A stretch of 51,580 bases of DNA, counting the filler, from Dimargaris cristalligena (lineage: Eukaryota): the NCBI GenBank assembly GCA_003614675.1. It is 2 parts of 2 records of this genome, joined end to end, with 100 filler letters (N's around TTAATTAATTAA, not from the genome) between each part and the next. Parts side by side here need not be neighbours in the genome. Positions count along the whole stretch, not along the records: positions 1 to 25,761 come from ML002556.1; 1 more part is not named here. One strand, given 5' to 3'. A program made the translations under genes and the position numbers. A model generated the notes under the pieces. The model did not search any database. It was not told the DNA's origin and saw nothing but the letters and a program-made list of their open reading frames with translations. Below, piece by piece: positions 1-11,054 of the stretch (positions within the stretch are counted from its first letter, which is position 1; each line of letters opens with the position of its first letter).

Positions 1-997
1 TTTATTATCTATCTTTTCAAATAAAGTTCAGTTTTCAAGGATTTGATTTCAGTTCTTTACAATAGATTTTACTTATATGATTAGTTAATCTTGTAGTGTA
101 AATAAATTAGTCATGATACTAAGTTAGCCCTACTATTATAAGCTTATCCCCAGGTCTCTTAGCAGACTAAGAGTGATTAACCCATATGGTATATATTATA
201 GTTACTTTCTTACTAAAAGGATTAATAAAGGGGAATAAGCCACTACTTCCATAAGCCACTTCCCTTTATATAATTGTCTAAACTAGTTGAAAATTATATA
301 TTTTGGGTGTTGTTTCCCTTGATTATATTATCCATTATCTCTGAATGAGGGAGTCCTTGAATCAGATACACATATAATGATGATGGCAATGTATAGTATA
401 AAGTAATTAATTGGACAGGTTATTGTAAAGAAATGATACAAAAAAATAGTTCAACTATTGAGAGGTGCCTTTCTAATGTAAAGAAATGGCATACTTTCTA
501 AGACAAGGGGTATTATATTAATGGTCAAACCCCAATTTTCCATACACACATAATCAGCCTCACCAAGCCCATGGATGATTGTAAAGAGATATGCCTGATG
601 TGCAACACCCATTCACCCAGCAATTTGACCCAGCTCATATAGGAAATAGTAGTTGGACTAACATTCAGATTGGTTGAATGCAGGAGAAATAAATTTCACT
701 ATTATATATAAATAGTGGTTATTCTTACCTGGCAGAAAAGCCCATGCCATTTTCATTACCAAATAGTCCATTCATTTTCCTTTTACATATCCACTAGCAT
801 TTGTATTATTCAAAAAGTTACATTGATTATAAATACACATTAACTTGTTAGGCCCCCCATTAGTCATTCTTAACAGTCAACAGGCCTCATAACCCATTCT
901 CTACACTAGCACCATAGCAGTGAAACAAACCTACCTCTAGACCTATTTACAGGAACCTAGCCATTGCCACGTATATTCATCATCACCTTCATCAATA

Positions 998-1453
998 ATG
1001 GATACATCACAATTCCCCTTTACATCTCTCTCATCACTAACCCCTCTGACTGAGTCCTTGCCATGCACCCGGGATTACCGCGGTTCCCTCTGTCGGCCCA
1101 ACCCTAGCCCCACCAGATGTCATTGTTGGCAAATTAATATATATTTCAAGTGTAGCAACGCGCTGGTGGAACACTTGGGTCATAAACAACATGGTCCCCG
1201 CGTATGTAGACTTTGTCCAGCCCAATTCACGGATCCCAACCCACATGATGAGCACGAGGATGCCTGCTTTTTTGATGGGCAATCCGATATCAACCATGAC
1301 GATACCGACAATACATGCGATTGTTGCAATTGTGGCGATACAGACAATTCTATAGACGATACAAGCGATGATGCCGATGAACACGTTGGCCAAACCGGTG
1401 GTAAGAGACCTGCGAGACACCCCACCGCTTTTGATTGGGTATTGGGGTTCTAA
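998..1453 (+). CDS. Small putative zinc-finger protein (degenerate C2H2 + C2HC finger, acidic tail)
   Basis: 151-aa ORF. CWQINIYFKCSNALVEHLGHKQH fits C-x2-(C>I)-x3-F-x5-L-x2-H-x5-H, and CRLCPAQFTDPNPHDEHEDAC fits C-x2-C-x12-H-x3-C. Asp-rich C-terminus. The ORF retains CpGs while its flanks do not. Confidence 0.45.
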   Translation: MDTSQFPFTSLSSLTPLTESLPCTRDYRGSLCRPNPSPTRCHCWQINIYFKCSNALVEHLGHKQHGPRVCRLCPAQFTDPNPHDEHEDACFFDGQSDINHDDTDNTCDCCNCGDTDNSIDDTSDDADEHVGQTGGKRPARHPTAFDWVLGF

Positions 1454-1751
1454 TTACTTTGGTTATCATCCCCATTATACATCTCTCCTGCCCCGTTTGG
1501 ACTTTTTAAATCAACTGGCTTGAAAGAATCAACCAACATAGCCCTTTTCTACTACGGGGCATACTAACACAGTGCATTGGTAATACCTAACCAAGTATAC
1601 TGGGATAAAGTTTAGACATCACCTGCCCTACATGCACATTCAAAATTTGGTGCATGACACCAAATAGTTTTAATAATAAATTGAAATGTACCCAACTTCA
1701 CTGAGTGACATAATAATAGTATATAATTACAAAAGGCCAAGTTGAATAAAT

Positions 1752-1778
1752 GTATATATATATATATATATATATATA
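1752..1778. repeat. (TA)n microsatellite
   Basis: Run of tatatata... seen directly. Confidence 0.95.
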
Positions 1779-1886
1779 TGTAAGAGTTTGGCCGCATTTA
1801 CATAAATGATCATCTATTTAGAGGTGTCCAGCTATTCGTATCAGCTTCTCAATCGATCGTGGCAACGCGCCAAGGTAAAGATGACC

Positions 1887-4292
1887 TCATACATCGGGGT
1901 ACAGAAGCTCACCAAAAAGGCCATTTTCTACCTCATACCGGCGCACCTCGGAAACCCATTCACGGGCCTCGAGCCATACCCACACCTTGAACCACCACGC
2001 CAAATCCTGCAATCCCGACGGTGGAGCGGGTTTGACTCCCCCTAGTGTAGCCGCCTTCCGACCCTGTTCCATGCCGTAATTACGCAGGATAGGGAGGGCC
2101 ACTTTCAGCAAATCCAGCTCGGGGTCCAGTTGCCGACCGATGCCCTCCAGAATCAAAATGGAAATGACCACATTGACGAAATCGCCCTCGAGTTTGACGT
2201 GGTGCTGGCGGACCATGGTCATGACCTGGTGCAGGAGGTCGCCAATGCTCACCTGGGATAATTTAAGCGTTTTGTGGCGGACTTGCAGGATCAGGTGTTG
2301 CATTTTTAGGGCAAAAATGTCCGGATCAATCACGAGTTGGGGGGTGCGGCAGCGCTCCACCATGAGTTGGCCGGTCCGGTAGCCGTCGAACTGGGCGATG
2401 GCCTGAAAGAGGTCCAAAAAATTACGGCGGTTGGTTTCGTTGAGGGTGGCGATTAGTCCCGTGTCGAGGAAGACCAGTTGGGGGACATAGCCTAAGTGCG
2501 ATAGGGTATTGAGATACTCGTGGAATTCGTTCGGATGGGCGGCTAACCCCTGGAGGGTTTGGTTGATTTGGCTTTGGGCCTGCGGGTGGGAAAGGTACTC
2601 CGGGCGGGTGGCGCTAGTCGAATGGAAGGAAGTCATCGCCGTCGCTGGAGTAGAGGAGGAGGAGGGGGAGGTCGGGTGGAAAGATGGTGTCTCCTTGGTA
2701 GGTGCCAAGGCCGTCGCCCGATCCAGCCAGTCGTCAAGAATACGCTGGTGCGTGGCCTGGTCCGCGGTGGCCGTTAACCAATCGATACACCGATCGTACC
2801 AGCGGTGCCGCAGGGGCTGCGTGAAAGTGACCAGAATATTACCCGGGTGCAGATCGGCGTGAATAAAATTATCGTAAATGACCATTTTTAGAAAGGCATC
2901 CAGCCCCATGCCTGCGATGCGCTTGTCGAAGTCAGTTCCCCGGTTGTGTAGGAATACGCTCAGGGAAATGGCGTTTTCGAAGGTTTCGACCAACACATCG
3001 CGGGTGCACAGCTCCGGCCAGGCGTGGGGGAATACCGTGGAGGGACGGTCCCGGAACTGGCGGCGGAAGCGCAACATGTTCGTGGCCTCGGCCCGAAGGT
3101 CCAGTTGGCTGCGCATCATTTCACCAAACTGGGCGACCTCGTCGCGTAAAGACAGCCATTGTATGGTGGGGATCCAATCCAAAAGCCAGGCCATGCTGCC
3201 GATGATGGCCAAATCCCGCTGGATTAATTTGCCCACCCGGGGATGCAGAACTTTGATGGCCACATCACCGAGCACGGGCCGCTCCCCTCCATCGGGCTGG
3301 GAGGGGATCGTGGTTGATGCCCGGGACCGGGCCAGCATGGCCCGACTAATCTGGGGCTGGAAGCGGGCCCGGTACACCTGGGCGATGGCACCCGTCCCCA
3401 GGGGTTCGGGATCGAATTCCTCAAAGATATCCTCAAGGCGATGGCCCCCAAAGGCCCGCTCGACGATCCGGCGGGTCTGCCGAAACGAATGGGGGGTACT
3501 CTGCGAATGCAAACGACTCAGGGCCCGGCAGAATTCCTGGGGAAACAAATCGGACCGCGACGCCGCCCACTGCGACAATTTGATAAACGTCGGACCGGCC
3601 CGGGCCATCTGCTGGGTTAGGAATTGGTACCACCAGAGCCGCCAAGCGGTTTCCCCGTGTCGGTCAATTAGGGGTTCGCCCAGGCAGCCCAGGGGAAACG
3701 TGACCACCAGGGGAAGGAAGAGAAAGGCGAGCTGGAACACCCGGAGGGTAATCTTTAGAGGTTCCAATAGGTAATGATCGAGCCAGCTGAATAGACGTTG
3801 GACAGAGCGAGTCAGCCAATGGGCGGGAGGGGGTTGGGCAGTGGCCACGCTTAGGTCAATGGCTGGAGATAGTACCTCGGGGGCTGGGGTGTCGCAGTGA
3901 ACCAGCGAGGTCGATAGGCGATGGTAATAGAACCAGCCCGTCACAGCGGAAGTGACGCCAATGACCACCGTGGCCCATAGTCGATGGCGGCTTTTCGTGG
4001 GGAAGTTCATCCAGGGATTCAGGCGCGGAAGAAGGCGTGGTGCCGCCGAAGTGGTATACGTAAATAGAGGTACATTCGGAATAGTCGCTGGGGTATTTAT
4101 TCCCATTCGCGAATTTGGGAGACGGGTCATCGTGGGCCCTGGTCGAAATAAAGGCCGTACTGGAGTTTGAACGGACGATGGGGGTGGACCAGTATAGCCC
4201 CGCTTAAATGTAGAAGTGGCCAGGCGGCCAACATACTTACCAAACCCTGCGCTGGACACCCTTCCGGGGCCTAACACGATGGCAATGGGCAT
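1887..4292 (-). CDS. UbiB/ABC1 family atypical kinase, mitochondrial (ADCK2 / yeast Ypl109c-Cqd1-like)
   Basis: Intronless ~800-aa ORF with GPTFIKLSQW (KxGQ-type motif), PLGTGAIAQVY, VAIKVLHP, HADLHPGNIL and DTG. Arg/Ser-rich N-terminus followed by hydrophobic helices. First ATG at 4292 (the ORF track starts at TTG 4310); true start uncertain. Confidence 0.9.
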   Translation of the reverse strand: MPIAIVLGPGRVSSAGFGKYVGRLATSTFKRGYTGPPPSSVQTPVRPLFRPGPTMTRLPNSRMGINTPATIPNVPLFTYTTSAAPRLLPRLNPWMNFPTKSRHRLWATVVIGVTSAVTGWFYYHRLSTSLVHCDTPAPEVLSPAIDLSVATAQPPPAHWLTRSVQRLFSWLDHYLLEPLKITLRVFQLAFLFLPLVVTFPLGCLGEPLIDRHGETAWRLWWYQFLTQQMARAGPTFIKLSQWAASRSDLFPQEFCRALSRLHSQSTPHSFRQTRRIVERAFGGHRLEDIFEEFDPEPLGTGAIAQVYRARFQPQISRAMLARSRASTTIPSQPDGGERPVLGDVAIKVLHPRVGKLIQRDLAIIGSMAWLLDWIPTIQWLSLRDEVAQFGEMMRSQLDLRAEATNMLRFRRQFRDRPSTVFPHAWPELCTRDVLVETFENAISLSVFLHNRGTDFDKRIAGMGLDAFLKMVIYDNFIHADLHPGNILVTFTQPLRHRWYDRCIDWLTATADQATHQRILDDWLDRATALAPTKETPSFHPTSPSSSSTPATAMTSFHSTSATRPEYLSHPQAQSQINQTLQGLAAHPNEFHEYLNTLSHLGYVPQLVFLDTGLIATLNETNRRNFLDLFQAIAQFDGYRTGQLMVERCRTPQLVIDPDIFALKMQHLILQVRHKTLKLSQVSIGDLLHQVMTMVRQHHVKLEGDFVNVVISILILEGIGRQLDPELDLLKVALPILRNYGMEQGRKAATLGGVKPAPPSGLQDLAWWFKVWVWLEAREWVSEVRRYEVENGLFGELLYPDV

Positions 4293-5224
4293 GTCCGATA
4301 AGTGAGGCAAACGATGGTGTCACAAGGTTAGTTTGGGGGAGTGGAGAGAGGCGCAGCAGGGACAAGTCTATAGAAGCGAAAGAAGAAATATATATATAAG
4401 TTATTGATACATGCCAAAGGAAACGATAATAATATTGAAATGCCTAAACTCTTGGTCCGAAATACGCAATCGGCGGCAAAAGCTACGCAAATCTGGTGAT
4501 AGTTGGGCCCAATCAGCTTGGATGAGTTACTCCCTATGTCCTAGGTGAATTGGAAATGTGTTGGTGGGGGAGTTGCCCTATACTGCAAGCCCCTCTAGTT
4601 GGAGTGAACTTAACAGCTCAAACGGGTAAAGTCACCTGGCCACTAATTGGTTTATATAAGATCAACGTGTTGCGGGGTTGGTCTAGTTATAGGTGAATGG
4701 ATTTTACTAGACAACGTCCCGCGTTACTAATACGACGACCAGTTAAGTGAATAACCGAGGGTAATTGTTTCCCTGGCGTGGGGACAATATACTTGTGGGT
4801 CTAATATATTTATTGGAGTGGATTGCAACTTATAGATACTACTATCAGAATATAGGTTTAAGGTATCAGTAATATTTACGAGTATCTGAATAGATACGTG
4901 TGACAGGTAATAGCAAGGTTAACATTAGGATTAAGAAATTGGGTAAAAACGAAACCAGCAAAGCATTCAAGGATTCAGAAGGAAGAAATAGGAAGACCAC
5001 TCATAAATCGAACTACCCCTACAGCCCAAGTACACGAGTATGCAAAAAGCGGGAGTTGCACAGGGCAGTGAAAGGCCATAGATAATGATAAAATGTGAGG
5101 GGCGGCCGGGGAGAAATACAAAAAGTACAGCTAAACAACAACGAATAAAGCCCCAGTTCCATCGCCATTGGCAGTTGATCCTATCCACGAGCATGCGGTA
5201 TAATAACCCAACTAGCGGATTTAC

Positions 5225-7414
5225 CTATTTCACGTCGGGCACCATAGTGTTCCAGTGTTCCCGATCCACTTCGGAACCGTAGTAGACAAAGATCTCGCTC
5301 CCGGCCTTAATCTTCTTGGTCGTCATGCAGATCACCTGGTTCACCACAAAGCCCTCCAGGAAGGCCACATTACCGTGTCCGAGGCGCTCATTCATGAAGT
5401 GGAAGGGGCAGTAGAGGGGACCATCGGGATCCGTAAACGGTTGCCCGTCCTTATCGGTAGCGTCCAGCACGGTACGCCGGTACATGATGGAGTAGTGCGA
5501 AGCCTGGCCTACGTGGTCCTTCAGGGAATCAAACTCATCCTCAGTCATGGGCACGCCGAAATAGAAGCCCAGGGGGGTATAGGTTGGGATATCACGAACA
5601 GCGAACAGGCCCCGTCCCGCACCGGGGATGGTGGAAGTACGAACCTCGACCAGGTCATGCCAGGTTCTAGGGATGTTGCTGTCTACTGGGGTAGTTTCGG
5701 TAGCTGGGTCGGCGGGGTTGGCTGGCTCTGCTTCGGTGGGGGCCGGGGCATCAGTTGAGGGAGCTTCAGTAGACTCCGGTTGGGTAGCAGCTACAAGGGG
5801 CTGGTCGTCCGAAATGTGTACGGCCGCCAACGACTTTGCAGGGGGTCCGTCAATGGGGTTAGCTTGGGATAAGGTTGCGGGGGCGGCTGTAGAATCGGTC
5901 GGGGCATTAGTCGTAGGTTCACTAGCAACGCTAGGGGGGGCTTCGGCACTTGTAGTTGGTGGCTGACTAGGCGGTGGAACCGAATCAGTGGTAGCACCTG
6001 GAGAGTCATCGGTTTGCATAGGGTATATGGACTGGTCCGGTGTAATTTCAGCAGCAATTGTTTCAGGTTGGGCTTCAGCAGGCGTATCCCCATTTAAAAT
6101 GGGATCAGTTTGTTCTGTGCCATTCGTTTGGGGCTGAGCAATACTCTCGGAACTTGCCTCCACCGTATCCAAAGCGGGCTGGACCGCATCAGTCGGTGGG
6201 ACCTCAGGCTTCGTTTCGACAAGGGCTGCGGCCCCGGAATCAGAAGGAGCGTGTTCCCCCCCTGAGGGTGCACCAGGTACATCGATTAAATCCGCAGAGG
6301 CACTGGAGACTTCGGATGCAGACCCCTGAGGAGCCGCGTCAGCTGGCGGTGGCCCCGAAGCTGGGACAACATCCACGTGTGCATTCGACTTGGGCGGAAC
6401 TACTCCGCTATTAATAGTGGCGGTGGTGGTAGTATTATCGGCCGAAGCGGAAGGAATAGCCCCCGGGCCTCCTTGGCCAAAGCAAATGGGCCAGTCTTTA
6501 TTAGCCAGCACTTCATTCCACCGATTGTATTCCTTGACTGCCTCGTCGAAATCGCATGGAATATAGGATAGGCGGAAATGCATACTACGGGCACCCGGCG
6601 GTTTGAAAGGGATAAAATACTTGTCGCCGTTATTGGTGAGGCAGGCACTTGCACTGTTCATGGGGGTTTTGCCCGTAAAGACACGCGGCAGGCCCCGCTC
6701 CTCGCTAATTTGTTTATCGAGCTCCACGGCCGCTCGGATGATTTCGGACCGGGACGCCTCGTGGCCAGGCATTTGGCGCAGGGCCAGGAACATAATATAC
6801 ATTTGCGTATGCCAGCGCGGCTTGAGCTGCTTCTTGGACCCGCCGCGACCGGGGGTCTGCTTCGGGGGCTGTCGCTTGAATTTATCCACGGTATGGGGTG
6901 ATGGGGTACCTGGGCCCCCGCCCATTAGACCATCGGCACCAAAATCGCCCCGCTTCTCTGGCGTAGAGGACTGCGGGCGGTGGTCGGCGTTGATTTCCGA
7001 CCCATCGGCCCCGAAGTTATGCTGGTTGCGGGGCTTGGCGTACGAGGCATTACGAGCCGAATACACCAATTTCTGGTTACTTTTACCGCCAAACGTGGCT
7101 GACGCGCCACTGCCGTCGGCCCCGGAAGGTGAATCGAAGGGACTGGAATCGCGGTGTCCACCGCCGTAACGCCGCTTGTGGGGACGGTCCGCGTCAATGG
7201 CGTCCCGCTCGCGTTTACCCTGGGCACCCCCGCTGCCAACGGTTCGGGGTACAGTGGAACGCGGTCGACTCGCGGCATGGGGCTGCTGCGGCTCTGAGGG
7301 TTTTTCCACGGCCAGGATGGAGGCTAACTCGGGGGACTGGGCATAGGCGATGGGGAGGTAGACATTGGCCTTGCCCTTGTTCACTAGAGAGGTCACAGCA
7401 TGAGGCACGGTCAT
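5225..7414 (-). CDS. SET-domain protein with N-terminal winged-helix (HARE-HTH-like) domain
   Basis: 729-aa intronless ORF. C-terminal SET motifs GAGRGLFAVRDIP, HFMNE and GSEIFVYYG. Residues ~201-283 form an ordered block with SRSEIIRAA...GKTPMNSASACLTNN. Long P/A/T/S/E low-complexity linker; basic NLS-like patches (HKRR, SKKQLKPR). Confidence 0.85.
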   Translation of the reverse strand: MTVPHAVTSLVNKGKANVYLPIAYAQSPELASILAVEKPSEPQQPHAASRPRSTVPRTVGSGGAQGKRERDAIDADRPHKRRYGGGHRDSSPFDSPSGADGSGASATFGGKSNQKLVYSARNASYAKPRNQHNFGADGSEINADHRPQSSTPEKRGDFGADGLMGGGPGTPSPHTVDKFKRQPPKQTPGRGGSKKQLKPRWHTQMYIMFLALRQMPGHEASRSEIIRAAVELDKQISEERGLPRVFTGKTPMNSASACLTNNGDKYFIPFKPPGARSMHFRLSYIPCDFDEAVKEYNRWNEVLANKDWPICFGQGGPGAIPSASADNTTTTATINSGVVPPKSNAHVDVVPASGPPPADAAPQGSASEVSSASADLIDVPGAPSGGEHAPSDSGAAALVETKPEVPPTDAVQPALDTVEASSESIAQPQTNGTEQTDPILNGDTPAEAQPETIAAEITPDQSIYPMQTDDSPGATTDSVPPPSQPPTTSAEAPPSVASEPTTNAPTDSTAAPATLSQANPIDGPPAKSLAAVHISDDQPLVAATQPESTEAPSTDAPAPTEAEPANPADPATETTPVDSNIPRTWHDLVEVRTSTIPGAGRGLFAVRDIPTYTPLGFYFGVPMTEDEFDSLKDHVGQASHYSIMYRRTVLDATDKDGQPFTDPDGPLYCPFHFMNERLGHGNVAFLEGFVVNQVICMTTKKIKAGSEIFVYYGSEVDREHWNTMVPDVK

Positions 7415-8151
7415 GGTGGATAAAGGCTAGAAAGTGGGAGAAGGTGTCGCGTGGAATGGTAAGGCAGGGCAGAGATCAAATAATCTGCATAAGGTGCCTC
7501 GCGTAAGCGACACGGGGTAGGTTGGAGTGAGTTGGGTAGGTAGTGGAAAGGACGGGAATGGCACTAAACCCAAAAGAATGCGAAAAGGAATGTAATAGAC
7601 TAATGCAAAAGCAGAAGAGAGAGAAAAAAAGGGCGGCTTAGGTGAAGGAGGGGGAAAGCTCGCTGCCGTTGGTGAGAATATAGGTTGCTGTATGTTTATG
7701 ACTTCAAAACGGGTGTGTTGTGTGGTTGGATATATGCAGAGGCGCGGCCGTATTGAAAGTATGGCTCAAACCCACACAGACACATTATTCCCCCCTTCAG
7801 CTCATGGGCAAAGAATTCCCATTTGACTTGACGCCAATCAATCCACTTCCTTCCCATTAGCCCTAGTTCCTTTACTCAGTGCAATATTCTTTTCATAATA
7901 CTATCCACGTTCGCCGCGGAACTAATCCCAATTCCCACTGTTCCTCATCCCAGGTGTCGCCGTGTCCCTTTCCTAATCATTCAATTCTTCCCAGCTAGCT
8001 TATTCTTGCGCGGCCATTTCCAGTTACTCTGGAAGCCAGTGCAGCTGCCTCCATTCTATTCCGCTTCATTTAACCTCAGTTGTGTTGTTGCGCTCGAGTC
8101 TCGCTTACTCCTATTGTACAGTAAATTCCAGTCCCTCGTTTTCCTCCCGCC

Positions 8152-9279
8152 ATGTCCGCCGATCTTCCACTGAATCAGAAACTCACCCTTCTGCTGGCCG
8201 AATTTCGGAAGCAGTTTACCAGCCTATTGGAAACTAGCCTAGTTCTGACCAGGGATTCAACCAAGACTGTCGTTCGGGTAGCCAAGCCCAACTCCACCGA
8301 CAACAGTGAACCCAGTCCTGTGGATATTGTTAATAAGCTACTGGTCCTGGACGGAGAATTCAAGGCCCTTTTGGAAGAAGGTACTTAATCCAGTTTCCGC
8401 CAAGCAAGGCGTACTTCCCCATTTGGGCACTTCTTTGTATATTGCTACCTACCATTGTATTATTTCGAGTGGGTATTTGTATGATGCATATGTACTTTTG
8501 TAACGCTCAGTGGCCTAACCGAGCCACCTCTATTTCTCCCATTTTGGCCTCCTTTATTCGGTACTATAGTCAAATATCACCAACAGTTGCAGAAGCAAAT
8601 CCACCGGGTGCGGGCCGCCACGGCAGAACAGAATCAACTTATTCTTAAACTAGTCCTCCAGCTAACTCAAACACGGGACGGGCTACTCAATTTCATTCGT
8701 GGGGCTGAATCGCAGCTAGAATCGATTGAGAAGGCCAGCAGTAGTAAGTGACTGACCATATTAGGGGCGTTGTCTATGGCCTTGGATATGTATACCACCC
8801 GTTAGTTTACATCCAATGTACCCACGACTACAGCCTGTCTGCCCAACTTTCTCTGGAGCAATGCCTCGGGCTTCCACTTTGAACCCTATACCCCGATTGG
8901 CCAATGCTGAGCTATTAATCATGGCCCTTTTACATTCCGTGTTTTTGTATTCGAATACCATCCAGATCCAATCGACTACGACGAGATCATCCCCTATGCC
9001 AACAAGCTCAGTACTTATACCGCCGCCCCACCTAACTTCGACCCAAGTGCAGGCGCCGTGCCCGCCGAAACTCCCTACCCCGTGGAAGGGACTATGCGCG
9101 CTGGTCTCCTGAACCAAAAGCGGAAGCTTACAGTTGCTACACCGCTCATGGAGAAAGAGAAAGCGCCTACCCTGGCTATCGATGCCGAACTTATGTCAAC
9201 ATTTATGGCTCATCACGAACACAACCATACTGAAGATTTTGATTTCTTGGATTTGGACCTTAACCCAGATTTGGAGTAG
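8152..9279 (+). CDS. MED4: Mediator complex subunit Med4 (3 exons: 8152-8380, 8570-8743, 8966-9279)
   Basis: GT-AG introns join the exons in frame. Coiled-coil middle and the Med4 signature IDYDEIIPYANKLS..APP...PYPVEGTMRAGLL; acidic C-terminus. Confidence 0.85.
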
Positions 9280-9590
9280 TTCAAAGGTGCCTTTGTGAAT
9301 CAAGATGCCTGGTTTATTATTTTTCTACTTACCCCCACCCGCGCGTTCTATATTTACATAGCCACCACTCCTACATTAGATGGCCAACTTATTTTGAACT
9401 CGGCATAATAGTACGAGTGATCTGGTGTCGATTCTTGGGTGGTATAAAATAAAGTGTTATTATCGTTTACAAGAGGTGGGTGGTGCTAAATTTCAATGGC
9501 TATCCGAACTGTATAAAGTAATAAAAATGGTGCTATATATTTAAGATATTGGACTAGTGGTGCAAGCTATTGATAGATGGGTAGCTAGGG

Positions 9591-11054
9591 TTAATTGGTG
9601 CCTGATGCTTTGGCCAAATTGACAAATGACCGCCGAACGAGCTTAAGAAAGGTAAAGAAATCCCGGCTTTTGTTGAGTCGGTGTAAGAGATCATTCATAT
9701 TGGGAATCATTGGTTCGCAATGGGGGACTAGAAGTCATCGAGGTATGTACATATATAAAGAGAAACATTACCAAAATCAAATAGTTAGTCTCGATGGCCT
9801 TATGATATGGGCAGCAAATACAGGGTCGCTTGGGGTTAGTCAAAAGAAATATATATATATATATATATATATATGATAATATCGTGCGATTTCTTTTCCT
9901 TAGGGGTACATTAGTCATATTTAGAAGGCGGGGGAATCTGGATGACCTACCTTTATACTCTTTTGATGTTAGGTCAATCGTGAAACGAAAGGGCTGAGCC
10001 CAGTCCTTTTCTTTGATATGGGTGTAGATAAATTCCAGGAAGTCTGGTTTGGTACTGTTGATGGTGAGGGCGAGTTTCTCCTGGAAAAAGGACAGTTCGG
10101 GTTCGTTTCGACCCTGTTGAACCAGCAGCTCCTTCTCTTTCATGGCGATGGCTAACGAATATACATGTATCGTATAATATAATGAAGTAGCAAACAGGCA
10201 CGGGCTGGTATAAATAGCGTGCTGTACGTACCGCATGTGGAGAGATGCGCTAAATGAACATCATCCTTGGGGGCGCTATTATGGCCCTTAGTATCGATTA
10301 GCGAATGTAGCCCGAGCAAAATATGGCGGATTTGGACACTAATACTTACCTTCTTTCTTGTTCTTGACCCTGCGCTCAAGACTTTCCATTTGGGCCCCCA
10401 AGAGGGCTCGGTTTCGATCCATCTCTTCTCGTCGGATATTTAACTGGCTTAATGCGCTTCGAACCGCATCGACTTCCTGGTTTTCTCGCTTGGTATCTGA
10501 GTAGTGAGTGCAATGATACATGTAGGGACATCAGTCGGACACATCACTGGAATTAGCCTATATTCAGGAGACACCCTGGCTGAGATGCGAATTGGAGTTG
10601 TTAGAAGCTTGGGGGGGATTATAATTCAGGCCGGACTTACTTTTAACCATCTCTTCATGTTTGTTCGAAAACGTTTCGATTTTCGTCTGAAGATTTTTGT
10701 AGGACTCTTTGGAGTGTCATTATATTGGCCGAGGTAATTATTATGGGGTAAGTATATTGGTATAGATTCGACAAGGCCTTCCACAGCACTCCGGAGTTGA
10801 AGCAGCCCATTAGGTTGTCTATATGTAGACCAGAATAACGCACCTATCTACTTACCTTTATTCTCCGCGCGGGTGCGCTGCCAGTATACACGTTTGTCAC
10901 TGATATCGCCTCGCTTCCGAGCAATGTATGCATCGAACTGCTTAGTGAATGAAGCGATGCTGTCCTTGACGTCTTCGTATGGGAATGTGGGTTCGTTGAT
11001 TTCTACAGCCGGAGCTGCCGCAACTACTGCATCGGGATAGCCTCCGTCGGACAT
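9591..11054 (-). CDS. SPC25: Kinetochore Ndc80-complex subunit Spc25 (about 5 exons)
   Basis: Coiled-coil N-terminal exons, then an RWD-like domain: ELSFFQEKLALTI..DFLEFIYTHI..PFRFTIDL..Y / CEPMIPNMNDLLHRLNKSRDFFTFLKLVRRSF. GTAAG/GTAGG donors near 10855, 10640, 10349 and 9950; stop at 9591. Confidence 0.8.
9849..9873. repeat. (TA)n microsatellite in the last Spc25 intron
   Basis: Seen directly. Confidence 0.95.

Noticed and set aside
2140..3774. Long plus-strand ORFs (e.g. 298 aa at 2878-3774) and similar antisense ORFs over the SET, TMF1, OPT, PSD2, WD, CAP and ARO1 genes
   Set aside because: Shadow frames of GC-rich coding sequence with no motifs.
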